From positions 104,718,001 to 104,782,000 of the forward strand of contig NC_042998.1 of assembly GCF_006345805.1 (NCBI RefSeq): a stretch of DNA of 64,000 nucleotides, given 5' to 3'. The notes below the pieces were generated by a model, which was not told the origin of the DNA, did not search any database, and was given only the letters and a program-made list of their open reading frames with translations. Source of the stretch: Octopus sinensis. Its lineage: Eukaryota. Position 1 is the first letter of the stretch. Each line of letters starts with the position of its first letter. Shown piece after piece: positions 1 through 12,896 of this stretch. The position numbers and the translations under genes were made by a program.

Positions 1-26
1 CTCTCTCTATCTCTCTCTCTTTCTTT

Positions 27-60
<34 letters not shown>

Positions 61-120
61 CTAACTGCATATCTGTCTGTCTGCTCCTTTCTGTATCTAT
101 CTATCTATATAAGAGTGTGA

Positions 121-1000
121 TGATAGATGATGTTCGATCAAGCGCAGCAAGAGTCATCAGTGGAGTCCCATAAGGTACTGTATTTGGCCCACTTTTTTTT
201 CATTATTTATATCAATTGCATCATTGGCGTTCATCAATTGCAATATTAGAACTTTTGCGGATGACTAAGATTCTGAAAGTCGTCGACCGAGCAGGAGAGC
301 GGACAAATCTCCAACTGGCTCACCTCGATAATAACCCGATGGCAGTTAAACACAATATGCACTTAAACAAAAGTAAATTTGAATTAATCCATCTCCTTAA
401 AGAGACTGCGCTTTAGCTATTATACATTCTTCTCTCGAGCGAAAACCTCGTGACACCAAACACCTCTGGAGGACCCACATCAACAGCAAATCCGACACTA
501 CTCGCAGGGCGAGCTCCTGGAACCTCAAGACCTTTCAGTCTAGAGACGCTGTTACATTATCCTTCCATTCTCCCTTATTCTTCTCTATATTTGCCCGCCC
601 TTATCTTGAATACTGCTGCCTGCAGACTAATCACAAGGAAAATACACATGACAGATCTTGATTATTGTAATCGTATAGAGGAATACAAACTTTGTTCCCG
701 CTAACGCTGCCGTGAAGACTATATCATTTCTATGATGTAGTATATACTCCAATAGTTCTGCACAAATGATGATGACATCAGCTTAAAACGTCAATCAAGG
801 GTGGGACCCCGTTCCAACTATCTTCTACAAAAATCATGCACGCGTCACATCATAACGCTAAAACAGAACTATTTCACATCAACTAGCCCTGCTCTCTTAA
901 ACTTCATACCAAGATACATAAGGGAACAAGAAAAATATCTCATAACATTCTAAAGTGTGCTGAACGACTATCTCTTACAAATTCCAGGAAAACCACCTAC
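121..1000 (+). mobile_element. Decayed CR1/L2-type LINE reverse transcriptase fragment
   Basis: Broken-frame motifs: SGVP*GTVFGP (~160-190), HNMHLNKSKFELI (~350-390), FARPYLEYCC (~590-620), LDYCNRIEEYKLCSR*RCRE (~655-715). Stops and frameshifts throughout. Confidence 0.75.
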
Positions 1001-1209
1001 AGCAGAACATATCTCTGTAAATAATAACTCTTTATTTATTCGAATGTGCTATGGTTCCCTAAGTATATTTTTTCCAGGTGTTGATAGTAAGGCAGACATA
1101 GCCTGTATCAATTCTGGCCGAAACTTACCAAAGTATATGCATACAAACATATATACCTACATACACATATACACATATACAATAATCACACGACTATCTC
1201 GGGTGTTAC

Positions 1210-1239
1210 CTTTGAAGAACCCTAGCGATAGGTGAAAAT
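1210..1239 (-). CDS. Candidate 30-nt phase 1-1 exon of gene A, (D)FHLSLGFFK(G)
   Basis: Strong acceptor tgtttctatttcacag|, donor aag|gtaaca, open symmetric phase-1 frame, lying downstream of the gene A signal exon. No homology support. Confidence 0.3.
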
Positions 1240-1405
1240 CTGTGAAATAGAAACAGTATTGTAGTGTATAATTTTTTATTATTTTTATAATTTGTATATA
1301 TATATATTATTATAAATGCAAAACAAACCGCAGAGGAATCGATGTAAACTTAAATAAGAAACTGCATGCTTAAATAATGAACGGCGATATGGCGAGAGAT
1401 TACTG

Positions 1406-1469
<64 letters not shown>

Positions 1470-1470
<1 letters not shown>

Positions 1471-1930
1471 GCATAAATGCATATATTGTCGTTCAGTGCT
1501 CGAAATGAGTAGATAGACATCCAACAAATGATGAAGGGTCGTTTTTTTTTTATATTACTTGTCCTGTTTTCCAATTGTCTCTCTCGTTGTTTGCGTATTG
1601 AACTCATTTGTTTTCTTATTTAATGTTGTTTACTGTTGTTGATGTCCTGTAGCCATAAATGTACACACACACACACACACATATATATTATATATATATG
1701 CATAAATGCATATATTGTCGTTCAGTGCTCGAAATGAGTAGATAGACATCCAACAAATGATGAAGGGTCGTTTTTTTTTTATATTACTTGTCCTGTTTTC
1801 CAATTGTCTCTCTCGTTGTTTGCGTATTGAACTCATTTGTTTTCTTATTTAATGTTGTTTACTGTTGTTGATGTCCTGTAGCCATAAATGTACACACACA
1901 CACACACACACATATATATTTATATATATA
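1470..1930. repeat. Tandem duplication of a ~230 bp unit bounded by TA/CA microsatellites
   Basis: About 1470-1690 is near-identical to about 1700-1930. Confidence 0.85.
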
Positions 1931-2021
1931 TGCATATATATGCATATATTTCATTAAATCGTTATATGTAATTTTTCTGCCCATTTCAACAGAAGTTGTC
2001 AAATACGGATATTGGATTCTT

Positions 2022-2179
2022 GTAGGAGTGGCTGTGTGGAAAGTAGCTTGCTTACCAACCACATGGTTTGGGGTTCAGTCCCACTGCGTGGCGCCTTGGC
2101 CTACTATAGCCTCGGGCCGACCGAAGCCTTGTGAGTGGATTTGGTAGACGGAAACTGAAAGAAGCCCGTAATATATATG

Positions 2180-2231
<52 letters not shown>

Positions 2232-2460
2232 TGTGTGTATATGTTTGTGTGTCCGTGTTTATCCACCCACATCGCTTGACAACCGATGCTGGTGTGTTTA
2301 CGTCCCGTAACTTATTGGTTCGGCAAAACTGACAGATAAAATAATTACTAGGCTTACAAAGAATAAGTCCTGGGGTCAATTTGCTCGACTAAAAGCGGTG
2401 CTCCAGCTTGGCTACAGTCAAATGATTGAAGCAAGTAAAAGAGTAAAAGAGTAAAAGAGT
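2022..2460 (+). mobile_element. tRNA-derived SINE family 1 with internal (GT)n and (AAAAGAGT)n tail
   Basis: Pol III-like head and repeat tail; near-identical copies at 3643-4058 and 41986-42383. Confidence 0.9.
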
Positions 2461-3080
2461 GTATTTCGTGATTGCATTTGATTTGTAATGTGTTTTATAG
2501 GAGACTGTATTGTAAGTGCCGATTTTGTTGGAATTAGTTTGTCTAATAAATTAAAATACACGCACTGGATGTAATTCACTTTTTACAGCTTTTTACGAAT
2601 TTGTGAGAAAATTTTCGTTACAAGACTTTGGTCTTAGTAATAGCATATTAACCCACCAATATTTTACTTTTCTGGTGTTTGTTATGTTATGTAGCTTGTG
2701 TTTGTGTTTCTTGGTGTAATATCGCGTTCCTCTTATGTGTTTTTAATTTTCTATGTCTGTATACATATGTTTTTTCGTTTGCTTTTATTTTTCCTAGTGC
2801 AGAAATAAGTAAGCAAATGAAATATGTGAAATATTTATGGGCACAATGTAAACAAAAGAGTAACAAGACAGTATATAACACGCACATAGTAATGACAACT
2901 TGTGAATAAGTGAAACTTGTTTATAAACGGATGACAGATATACAATTGGACATTGAGGAGATATAGGTATGACGACATATATGTATGAAGTTTCTACGCT
3001 AAATAGCAACTTGACTTTATACTCTGTACATAAATTAATGCTTGTATGGGGGAATACATAGGAGCATAAAATTTACTTAC

Positions 3081-3141
3081 CTTCCGGTTTTAGTTGTGCG
3101 TTCGCTATACATAAACTGCTTAAAAGCAGAAGATACCACAT
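3081..3141 (-). CDS. Gene A signal-peptide exon, MWYLLLLSSLCIANAQLKPE(G)
   Basis: Acceptor attatttcag|gaaaaacATG (exon starts 3148), donor gaag|gtaagt, 61 coding nt ending in phase 1, hydrophobic core. Paralogous to 32178-32238 including flanks. Confidence 0.85.
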
Positions 3142-3642
3142 GTTTTTCCTGAAATAATTATGATTAGAGTTTGAACGAGAAAAATATATGTATATCAATA
3201 CCTCAATCAAAAGAAGAGTAACGAAATTCGGTGTTGCTTTCTGATTTGCCTGAACCTGCTATGGGAAATGAAGTAATACCATAACACTATAGACCTGGTC
3301 GGTAAATAAAGGCCCAGATGATGGTGTTACATTCGGCGAATGTATTATAATTACCCATTCATCACATTCGGTGAGTGGCTTCACCAAAAATCTACACAAA
3401 ATCCTCGTATCTAATTACACAAATATGACTTGCTCCCAACCATAACTATTGTAGAACATGCACTCTCTGTCTTCTTCATCGCGGGGTCAACGCATTACCT
3501 TTAATTTCTTAAGAACGAGGCTTTGTCTGAGCTAAATATATAATTATTAGAAGAAAGTGACACTGCAGTGAAATAACAGGACGTATTGTAATTCAAAGAA
3601 TAAGATTCGCAGAAGTACATGTATTTACAACATTGACATACA

Positions 3643-4058
3643 GGCGCAGGCGTAGCTGTGTGGTAAGAAGCTTACTGCCTAAAAACATAGATCTAGGTTC
3701 AGTCCTACTGCGTGACACCTTGTGCGAGTGTCTTCTACTATAACCTCGGGCCGATGAAAGATTTGTGAATGGATTTGGTTGACGGAAACTGAAGGAAGCC
3801 CGTCTTATATATATATTATGCATATATCTCTGTGAACGTTTCTTTGTGTTTGTGTTTGTCACCCCACCATCGCTTGACAACCAATATTGATGAGTTTACG
3901 TGCTCGAACATAGCGGTTCAGCCAAAGAGAATGGTAAGAGTAAGTACTAGGCTTTGAAAAAGTCCTAGGGTCGATTTCTTCGACTAAAACTCTTTAAGGA
4001 GGTGCTCCAGCATTGCTGCAGTCAAATGATCTGAAACAAGTGAAAGAATAAAAGAATA
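3643..4058 (+). mobile_element. SINE family 1 copy
   Basis: Matches 2022-2460. Confidence 0.85.
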
Positions 4059-4123
4059 AATACACCGATAATCCATATGACATTATAAATAAAATTTAAA
4101 TACATACAATAAATGTTTAATGA

Positions 4124-4575
4124 GGCGAGCTGGCAGAAACGTTAGCACGCCGGGCGAAATGCGTAGCCGTATTTCGTCTGCCGCTACGTATTGAGTTCAA
4201 ATTCCACCGAGGTCGACTTTGCCTTTCATCCTTTCAGGGTCGATAAATTAAGTACCAGTTACGCACCGAGGTCGATGTAATCGACAATCCGTTTGACTGT
4301 CCTTGTTTGTCCCCTCTGTCTTTAGCCCCTTGTGGGTAGTAAAGAAATAGGTATTTCGTCTGTTTTTACGTTCTGAGTTCAAATTCCGCCGAGGTCGACT
4401 TTGCCTTTCATCTTTTCGGGTTTGATAAATTAAGTACCAGTAGCGTAGTGGATCGATCTTATCGACTGGCTCCCTCCCCAGAAATTTTGAGACTTGTGCC
4501 GAAAGTAGAAAAGAATCGTTAGCTTGGCGTGGGCATTTCATCCGTCTGTGCGTTCTGAGTTCAAATACTGCCGGG
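4124..4575 (+). mobile_element. SINE family 2 (ggcgagctggcagaaacgttagcacg..., dimeric)
   Basis: Further copies at 31261-31670, 40333-40765, 18950-19346 (-) and 55205-55417 (-). Confidence 0.9.
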
Positions 4576-4794
4576 ATGCTAATCTACATTAGAGAAAGAA
4601 ATCTCCAAAGTAAAACCTAAGGCCTTGGTAGTCCCCGGTTTTGTCAATTCTTATGTCACAGCGGTGAAAATCATCTTGAGCCAATAGGTGAGGGTAATGC
4701 AGTGCAAGTTACACCCACCGAAAATTATTTATCTGCACAGGTACTTCTTGAAAACCGAATCTTAGTAATATCATTGAATGCATGCATTCATGCT

Positions 4795-4821
<27 letters not shown>

Positions 4822-4825
<4 letters not shown>

Positions 4826-5313
4826 CAGCAAAAATTTAGATTCAGATGAATATGGTACTTAAGTTAAAGGCACCAGAATTTGGTATGGTGTCATCCATAT
4901 AAATCAAATGGGGTGATTATAATCAAAATAAGCAACAAGGATATCCAAAGGTAGTGTAGTACAACGTTTCATGCTACTTCATTTAATTAAACAATGTATT
5001 ACATCAGTTTTAAAATGTAGAGCACTCTTCAGTCACATATAGAATTTTAAAAATTAAATTGACAATGTTCATTTTTATACTTATTCCATTTGCCAACATT
5101 ACAGACCTCTCTGTCTATATACCTACTCTCTTTGAAATGTTGGCAAATGGAATAAGTATAAAAATGAACATTGTTAATTTAATTTTAAAAATTCTATATG
5201 TGGCTGAAGAGTGCTCTACATTTTAAAACTGATGTAATACATTGTTTAATTAAATGAAGTAGCAAGAAACGTTTGTGCTACACTACCTTTGGATATCCTT
5301 GTTGCTTATTTTG

Positions 5314-5319
<6 letters not shown>
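4822..5319. mobile_element. Foldback element within (TA)n; arms ~4918-5100 and ~5136-5319, each with a degenerate hammerhead motif
   Basis: Near-perfect inverted arms, each containing CTGAAGA...GAAAC. Confidence 0.8.
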
Positions 5320-5353
<34 letters not shown>

Positions 5354-5519
5354 ATATTGATAGGCATATATTAGATATACATATATATGTGTGTGTGCGT
5401 ATACATAAATCGAAATGGCTCATATTCTATATAAGTGTATGTAAAATTAAATCTGGATAGAAAGAAGCTTCTATAGGTTGAGAAAATAAAAGTTGGAAGC
5501 AATGAAACTTAAAACTTAC

Positions 5520-5575
5520 AGATGTAAATTGAGTCGTAAATACAAGCACACACATTCACAAGGGCAGTGACAACT
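5520..5575 (-). other. Gene A non-coding exon 1 (predicted)
   Basis: Starts at Inr TCAGTT (5577-5572), ends at donor acatct|gtaagt; conserved with 33983-34050. Confidence 0.65.
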
Positions 5576-5610
5576 GATTATATTCGGTTATGCCAATCAC
5601 TCATATATAA
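5572..5610 (-). promoter_or_regulatory. Gene A core promoter: TATA (TATATATG, 5609-5602) plus Inr TCAGTT
   Basis: Motifs seen directly, about 34 nt apart, and conserved in position at the gene B promoter. Confidence 0.6.
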
Positions 5611-7674
5611 GCATGTGCATATGTACACAGTCTGGTTATTGATCCATTTCTGCTTCTTTGTATCTGCAGCATATACTTTTTCTTGACCTGTATGAATGTG
5701 TATGTATGCGCGTGTGCATGTAGGCGTCTCTTTGCTTGTGTGTGTGTGTTTGTGTGTATGTATGTGTGTGTGTCGGTGTTTTAAGCGAGAGGACACACAA
5801 AAAAAGCATTTGTAAGTGTGAAAATACTGTCAAAATTCATCTGCTTTCACAGTAATACAAGCATTACATGACATTAATCATAACAAAATATTCGTTTATA
5901 TAAATAAATGTCACTGTTGTGAAGGATCAATTTGAATATTTTGCGCTTTTGTTTTTCATTTTCCACAAATATTCAATATTTTGTTTTCTACGAAAGAAGT
6001 TTCTGAGAGAAATTCCTTTCGCAAAACACACACACACACATACACACACACACACACACTCACTCCCTCAGTCATTGCTCTCTTGAGGCTGAAGAACTTT
6101 GAAAAAAAAAAGAGAAAGTTTACTGTAGCATCCACAAATTTTTGACGCTTTCCAGTATAACATTTCATGTCTAATCTTGTCTTTACCATCTTTGTATCTT
6201 TATATCGATGTGTACAAACTTTTTAATATTTTTTCAATAAAAATATATAAAATAATCGCTGTTCATGAATTCCAGTTTGAATTCTATCATGTAAGATAAA
6301 AATGAAGTTGGTTTGTGATATAACGGAAGTAACTTTTCTCTGAAAATTGATTCAATATTTCAAAATTGATTATCACTTTATGTTCATTGATTTAGTCAGG
6401 AGGTTAAAGATTTGATAAATAACTAAATAATATGGTTCTCAATGGTATTTTATCCTATACAAACCTATACTTTGCTTTACTGCTGAAGCAAAAAAAAAAA
6501 ACCCCACAATTTAAAGGAGTTCAAAGTATAAAAAATTTATGTCCTTAATTCCCCATCTAAATCCCATTATTCTATTCCCTATTCTTTCGTTTCCGCTGTT
6601 ATACTCCTTTAGTTCGGAATTTGTACCGCATGGAAACATTATCGGGGTTCCCCTATTTTCAATATGTGCTATATGTGACTTAGATCCCAGTTGGCTGATT
6701 CTATATGTTTGGAAGCCATGTGGTCGCATGCTATAGAAGAATGCATACACACACACATAAGTACTATATAAATGAATGTGTACGTGCGTAAGCATTCCTT
6801 TTATTCTTTTATTCTTCCACGTGTGTCAGCCTTGAGACTGTGGCCATGCTGAGGCCTTGAAACGGTGCGTCCTCGAGAAAAAAAAAAGATTTGTTATCCG
6901 AAATATTTATCCGAAAATGGCGGTGCCCCAGCATGGCCACAGCTCATAAGCTGAAACTAGAATCAATCAAAATCCCAAGGACAACATTTTGTTAAACAGT
7001 AATAAAAAAAGCGTAAGTTGTTACAAGGAATAACTGACCCTTTAGATCGCCACATTTATCTCTACCTGTCTTTCTCTGTCTTTTTACGGTTTCGCTCTCT
7101 GGCATTCTGTCAGTTTCGACGACAATAGTTCCAGTTAACCTGACCAGCAGAACATCCTGCTCGTGAAATAAACGTGTGAGTGGTTGAGCACTCCACAAAC
7201 ACGTATATCGTTAATGTAGTTCTCAGAGAGAGATTCAGCGTGACACAGATGAGGATAGAGCTTTCAAATATTGTTACTACACGAAGGTGTATTGCATTTA
7301 ACATTATTTGGAAAATATTGCACCACATACAGAAATAACAACAAAACCTTCCTATTTTGTACCAATGATTCTATCACATTCTTACATTCAAGGACGAAAT
7401 TCTAAATAATGAATTTGTTCTCTATCAAATGTACTGAGTATTCCTTCAGTTTAAAGTGAAATTGTTTTATGAAATTGTATTATTATAACATAAAAATATT
7501 AATATATAATTATTTATATGTGTATATTTGATATACACAATGTAATATGTGTAAATGTAATATGTGACAATTATTCGGTAGCCAGGATAAAACTCAGAGT
7601 TTCGGATGCCAAGGTGGAAATTCACGCCGCTATCTCTTCAGTTATCCGGCCATTGGAAACACGTTATTTATACC

Positions 7675-7860
7675 TGTATGTATGTTTGTATGTATGTATG
7701 TATGTTTGTATGTATGTATGTATGTATGTATGTATGTATGTATGTATGTATGTATGTATGTATGTATGTATGTTTGTATGTATGTATGTATGTATGTATG
7801 TATGTATGTATGTATGTATGTATGTATGTATGTATGTATGTATGTATGTATGTATGTATG
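7675..7860. repeat. (ATGT)n microsatellite
   Basis: Direct inspection. Confidence 0.98.
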
Positions 7861-8375
7861 ACTGAATGGGTGAATGTACAATGGGGTGAAAAGTTCCTAG
7901 CCCCGTTAGTGTATGGAAGTTTCTGTACAGTTTATGTTTGCCTCACTGCACTCACGAAATTCAGCATCAGCCATTTGCAATAATAGATGACGAATGCCCA
8001 AATAAAAATTAGTATCCCAGAACTAAATTTTTAACAACAGGAATATAAGTGTGTTCAACAGTGAAACCATTTAAAGTCTAGTCTTGTAAAATAATATTAG
8101 AGAAAAAAATGTCAAAATAGTATTAAAAGCAAAGGCTCTGGAATTTTGTCAACATAACTTACGAATCAGTCTGTTAAGGTTATGAGCTCAAATTAAATTC
8201 AAATATTGAAATTGTCAGAGACGAGAGTAAAGTTGTATTTTTTCTGTCACTAATTTACCTCAGTCTATCAACTCACACGCGCGCACGCACGTACGCGCAC
8301 ACACTCGCATCGCACGCACACATGCACATGCATATATATCTATATACATGTGTGTATACGGATGTGTATGTATGT

Positions 8376-8425
<50 letters not shown>

Positions 8426-8479
8426 GTATCAGTGGCCGGCATATGAAAAATACGTTTGAAGGTGAAAATTATAAATGCA

Positions 8480-9000
8480 AAAAGAAATTTTTTTCATTTG
8501 CCAATATGCTGAAAAATAGCCGCTAAATTGTCTAACCACATAAAATATTTCACTTATGTTATTACAACATGTGTCGAAACGAGGAAAGCAACCCAACAGA
8601 AATGATAAAAATATAGTTATCACCGAATCGGTTTCGATTTCTGGATTAATCCAAAAAAGGATTTTCCCTTCATCAGCGAGGAACACAAAATGAAAATAAA
8701 TGAAATAATTAGAAATGCCCACGGAAAGGCAGATGCAAAGTCATTAATACATTTAAGTACCCTAAATATATCCAAATGGATGTGTCTAAGTATTTCATTT
8801 ATTTTTATTTCGTGTTCCTCACTGATGAAGGAAAAAATCCTTTTTGAATTAATCCAGAAATCAGAACCGATTCGAAGATAACTATATTTTTATGAATTTC
8901 TGTTAGCTTGCTTTCTTCGCTTCAACACCTGGTATTTTATGTGTTTAGACGATTTAGCGTCCATTTTCCAGCATATTGGCAAAGAAAATGTTTTCTTTTC
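8480..9000. repeat. Imperfect foldback, arms ~8480-8710 and ~8785-9000
   Basis: Inverted similarity, e.g. ccttcatcagcgaggaacac versus gtgttcctcactgatgaagg. Confidence 0.75.
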
Positions 9001-9019
9001 CCCCTATATATATATATAT

Positions 9020-9326
9020 ATCACCGTGACCGTGACCGACCAGGCCATCAGATGTTGTTACACATCGGTGGTCACAATGCGATTCGCATTGTTTTAGCCT
9101 TCAAATGACGCCACCCCGCTGGCTAAGCGAGCAGGCCAACAGAAGAAAGAGTGAGAGAAAGTTGTGGCGAAAGAGTACAGTAGGGATCGCCACCACCCCC
9201 TGTCGGAGGATTGTGGAGCTTTAGGTGCTTTCGCTCAATAAACACTCACGACGCGCGGTCTGGGAATCGAAACCGCGATCTTACGACCGCGAGTCCGCTG
9301 CCCTAACCACTAGGCCATTGCGTCTC
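9020..9326 (-). mobile_element. tRNA-derived SINE family 3
   Basis: tRNA-like head on the minus strand (gcaatggcctagtggttagggcagcggactcg...); related plus-strand copy at 57001-57385. Confidence 0.85.
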
Positions 9327-9334
9327 GACATACA

Positions 9335-9649
<315 letters not shown>

Positions 9650-9658
<9 letters not shown>

Positions 9659-10148
9659 TGTAGTTGTGTGAGTGTCTGTCCCCTTCGATTTAGATTCCTA
9701 ACTACTCCCACATTTTGCGGTGCAGTTTAACCAAATTCGGGTATCTTATAGTCGTGATTCATATCGAGCCCGTCTGAGTATTAGCGCGCGTCTACGATGA
9801 GTCTACGAAATAATTTAACATCACTTTTTATTCCATTTTAATGCATAATTTTTCGTGTGTCGATGGCGGCGGAGTTGGCGTCCATGGTCACACCTGCACC
9901 TGTTTGCTTCTCCCCCTTCTTCCCTCCCTCGTGAAGCTGTGGGGAAGGGAGTGTAAGGAAATCAACCTCGTAAAGCGTTGTCAAGGAGACCAGCGTTCTT
10001 TTAGAACAACGACTTCATGGCTTGAAGACACCAAAACAGAAATGGCTAAGAAAGCCCGAATTGGCATCTATAAGGGAAGTAACTCTCTAAAAATGCTTAT
10101 ATAGTTATTTCCCTTACAAACCCGAGCAACGCCGGGCGATACTGCTAG
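9650..10148 (+). mobile_element. Non-autonomous Helitron-like element
   Basis: 3' hairpin cccgagcaacgccggg followed by CTAG|T at 10145-10149; 5' end merges into the TA tract. Confidence 0.6.
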
Positions 10149-10172
10149 TATATATATATATATATATATATA

Positions 10173-10555
10173 TTATATTAAATTAGAGATAAAACCACTA
10201 TTAGGCAAATCATACAATGAAAAACTTAAGCCAATACATAAGATTATTTAATTTATATTATTTAAATATATAACAAAATTATTAAAAAAATATAATTAAT
10301 ATAACACTACGATCGTTTCATTGATTAAACCTCGCCAAGTTAAATATTTAAACCACCTGATGAATGACTGTAACTCGAAAATTTAAAGAAATTAACAGCC
10401 ATGAAACGATCGGAGTGTTATATTAATTATATTTTTTTAAATAATTTTGTTATATATTTAAATAATATAAATTAAATAATCTTATGTATTGGCTTAAGTT
10501 TTTCATTGTATGATTTGCCTAATAGTGGTTTTATCTCTAATTTAATATAATATAA
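10173..10555. mobile_element. Foldback element beside (TA)n with hammerhead motif at 10354-10417 (+)
   Basis: Arms ~10173-10322 and ~10400-10555; CAC CTGATGA ATG...CAT GAAAC GATC GGA GTG. Confidence 0.75.
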
Positions 10556-10654
10556 TATTTTGATATAAATTTGGATTCAAAGCTAAATCTGATTTTTCCC
10601 TGTAAGTTTGGATTTATTCCCTAATATTTATTATATATATATATTTTTTTTCTT

Positions 10655-11968
10655 CTTCTTGTACTTGCATTTTACCTTGTATTTTATTGTGCAGTTTTAT
10701 TGTTACGTCCTGTTTTTGTTACATTTTTTCGTGCTTGTCTTACCCCTCTGCGAGGTTATTTTATTTTAATTCTCTCGCAGGAAGGCCTAGTATTGACGAG
10801 TCATGTCCTGTCTTGCCTTCGAATCACGCTTAAGTCTACTAGCGACAGCTGATGATTGGGGATTTTCCTTGTGTAGCTTGTCCTGTACCTTGTTTTTCTG
10901 TTGTAAATAATGTTTGTCCCGTTTTCGTTCTCGTCATATTCCGCGTCTCTGTCTTTCTTTTGTAAAAAAAATGGCTTTTCCGTTTTCGTTTCTGTTGAGT
11001 TCTACGTCTTTTTGTGGTGTCCTGTACTTACGTATATATATTTATATATGCATGTATATATACATGTAGATGTAGGTACGTACATATATGTTTGTATGTA
11101 TGCATATATTTTATTTATTACACTATTGTCTGACAGCGCTTCGCGTCTGGTTCGTTCGATTCTTCGCTTCGTTCCGTTTCTTATCCTCCCAGTATTGTTT
11201 TATAATATAATTATGACGCGAAATTCTCTCCCTTTGCTTTACCTTCCCCCCTCTCTCACCCTCTTCCTCATCTCTCTCTCAGCCGCGTGTCTTCCTCTAT
11301 CTCTCTCTCTCTCTCACTCCTCCTCACTTTTGTCACTGCTAATCCTTTTGCACGCTGCTTTCAAACCGTAAAGTCATGTTTCCATGCGCTTGCCAGAACC
11401 TCTTCCGTCCCAGCCAGAACAAAGGTCTTTTCTTTTGTTTTTCGCGTTTGTTTTCTTGTTTATTTTGATTTCTCGCATTGTATTTTATTTCTCGTTTTGT
11501 ATTTTCTTGTACATGTATTTTTATCTTGTATTTTATTGTGCAGTTTTATTGTTACGTCCTGTTTTGTTACATTTTTCTTCGTGCTTGTTTTACCCCTCTG
11601 CGAGGTTATTTTATTTTAATTCTCTCGCAGGAAGGCCCAGTATTGACGAGTCGTGTCCTGTCTTGCCTTCGAAACACGCTTAAGTCTACTAGCGACAGCT
11701 GATGATTGGGGATTTTCCTTGTGTAGCTTGTCCTGTACCTTGTTTTTCTGTTGTAAATAATGTTTTCCCGTTTTCGTTCTCGTCATATTCCGTGTCTCTG
11801 TCTTTCTTTTGTAAAAAAATGGCTTTTCCGTTTTCGTTTCTGTTGAGTTCTACGTCTTTTTGTGGTGTCCTGTACTTACGTATATATATTTATATATGCA
11901 TGTATATATATATGTAGATGTAGGTACGTACATATATGTTTGTATGTATGCATATATTTTATTTATTA

Positions 11969-11970
<2 letters not shown>
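10655..11970. repeat. ~460 bp direct repeats (~10655-11115 and ~11513-11970), possibly Penelope-type pseudo-LTRs
   Basis: Near-identical copies seen; they lie next to the mini-hammerhead-bearing segment at 12036-12640. Confidence 0.7.
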
Positions 11971-12040
<70 letters not shown>

Positions 12041-12125
12041 AGAATTCACGAAAAACAACAGACGAAGATAGGTGGTGTAGAAAACAAAGAGAGGTATTAG
12101 TATAACGCTCGGGAATTGAAAAAGT

Positions 12126-12161
12126 CTTTAACGTTTCGAGCGTACGCTCTTCCACAGAAAG
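12126..12161 (-). ncRNA. Minimal hammerhead-like variant (CUGUGGA-A-GAGCguacGCUC-GAAACGUU)
   Basis: Perfect stem II, palindromic ACGU stem III, 4-bp stem I cttt/aaag; the core carries an A6U change. Confidence 0.45.
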
Positions 12162-12825
12162 GAACACAGAAAGAAACAGGGAGAGAAAAAAAATGTGTGT
12201 AGTGACTACTTGGGCTACCTGGTGTCATCCACGATTGGATTATATTTCCGCTGGATCTATTTCAGGAATTCCGTAGTGTTAGTTGCGATAGTAATATTTG
12301 ATGGAGGACGGAAGATAGATTTGGTACTAGTCTTTATTCAGTACGACGATTGTTTCGAGTCATCCTGAAACTGTCCTTTATGGGTAGGATTTTGTGCATC
12401 TAACTGTATTGCATGAGTCTGTGCAATTTGTTTCACATCAGGTAGTGCATAAAGAAGGGGATGTCCCAGTAGATAAACTGAAATGTCATAGGCATGTTGT
12501 CCCTGCCTGCTGAATCTTGGTTATGACCGGCTAACGACTATCCGTGGGTGTATAAAGTATGACGTAAGTGATAAAATATAGAGAATACAATCTAAGAAAG
12601 GAAGATTAGATTTTGGTTTACGGGTAGGGTGTGCATTCCCGATCACGAACACACAGTCACGCAAGTGTACAGATACACACACATTCGCCTACACACAACA
12701 CACGCACACCGTAAATTACAGACACAGAATCATAAAAGAAAGAGTAAAATTGTCAAAAAGATTATATTAGTATTAAGGGGCAGGATTCTACGTTCATTGA
12801 GCATATACACATATATTGGCGTACC

Positions 12826-12896
<71 letters not shown>

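Noticed and set aside
1470-1930. Tandem duplication as a functional element
   Set aside because: Non-coding and bounded by microsatellites; slippage or an assembly artefact is as likely.
2022-2100. tRNA-like heads here and at 9250-9326, 41986 and 57001
   Set aside because: They continue into SINE bodies and tails and no full cloverleaf is evident, so they are not tRNA genes.
8650-8880. CTGATGA and GAAAC motifs in the 8.5-9.0 kb foldback as a hammerhead
   Set aside because: I could not build a consistent stem I together with an NUH triplet.
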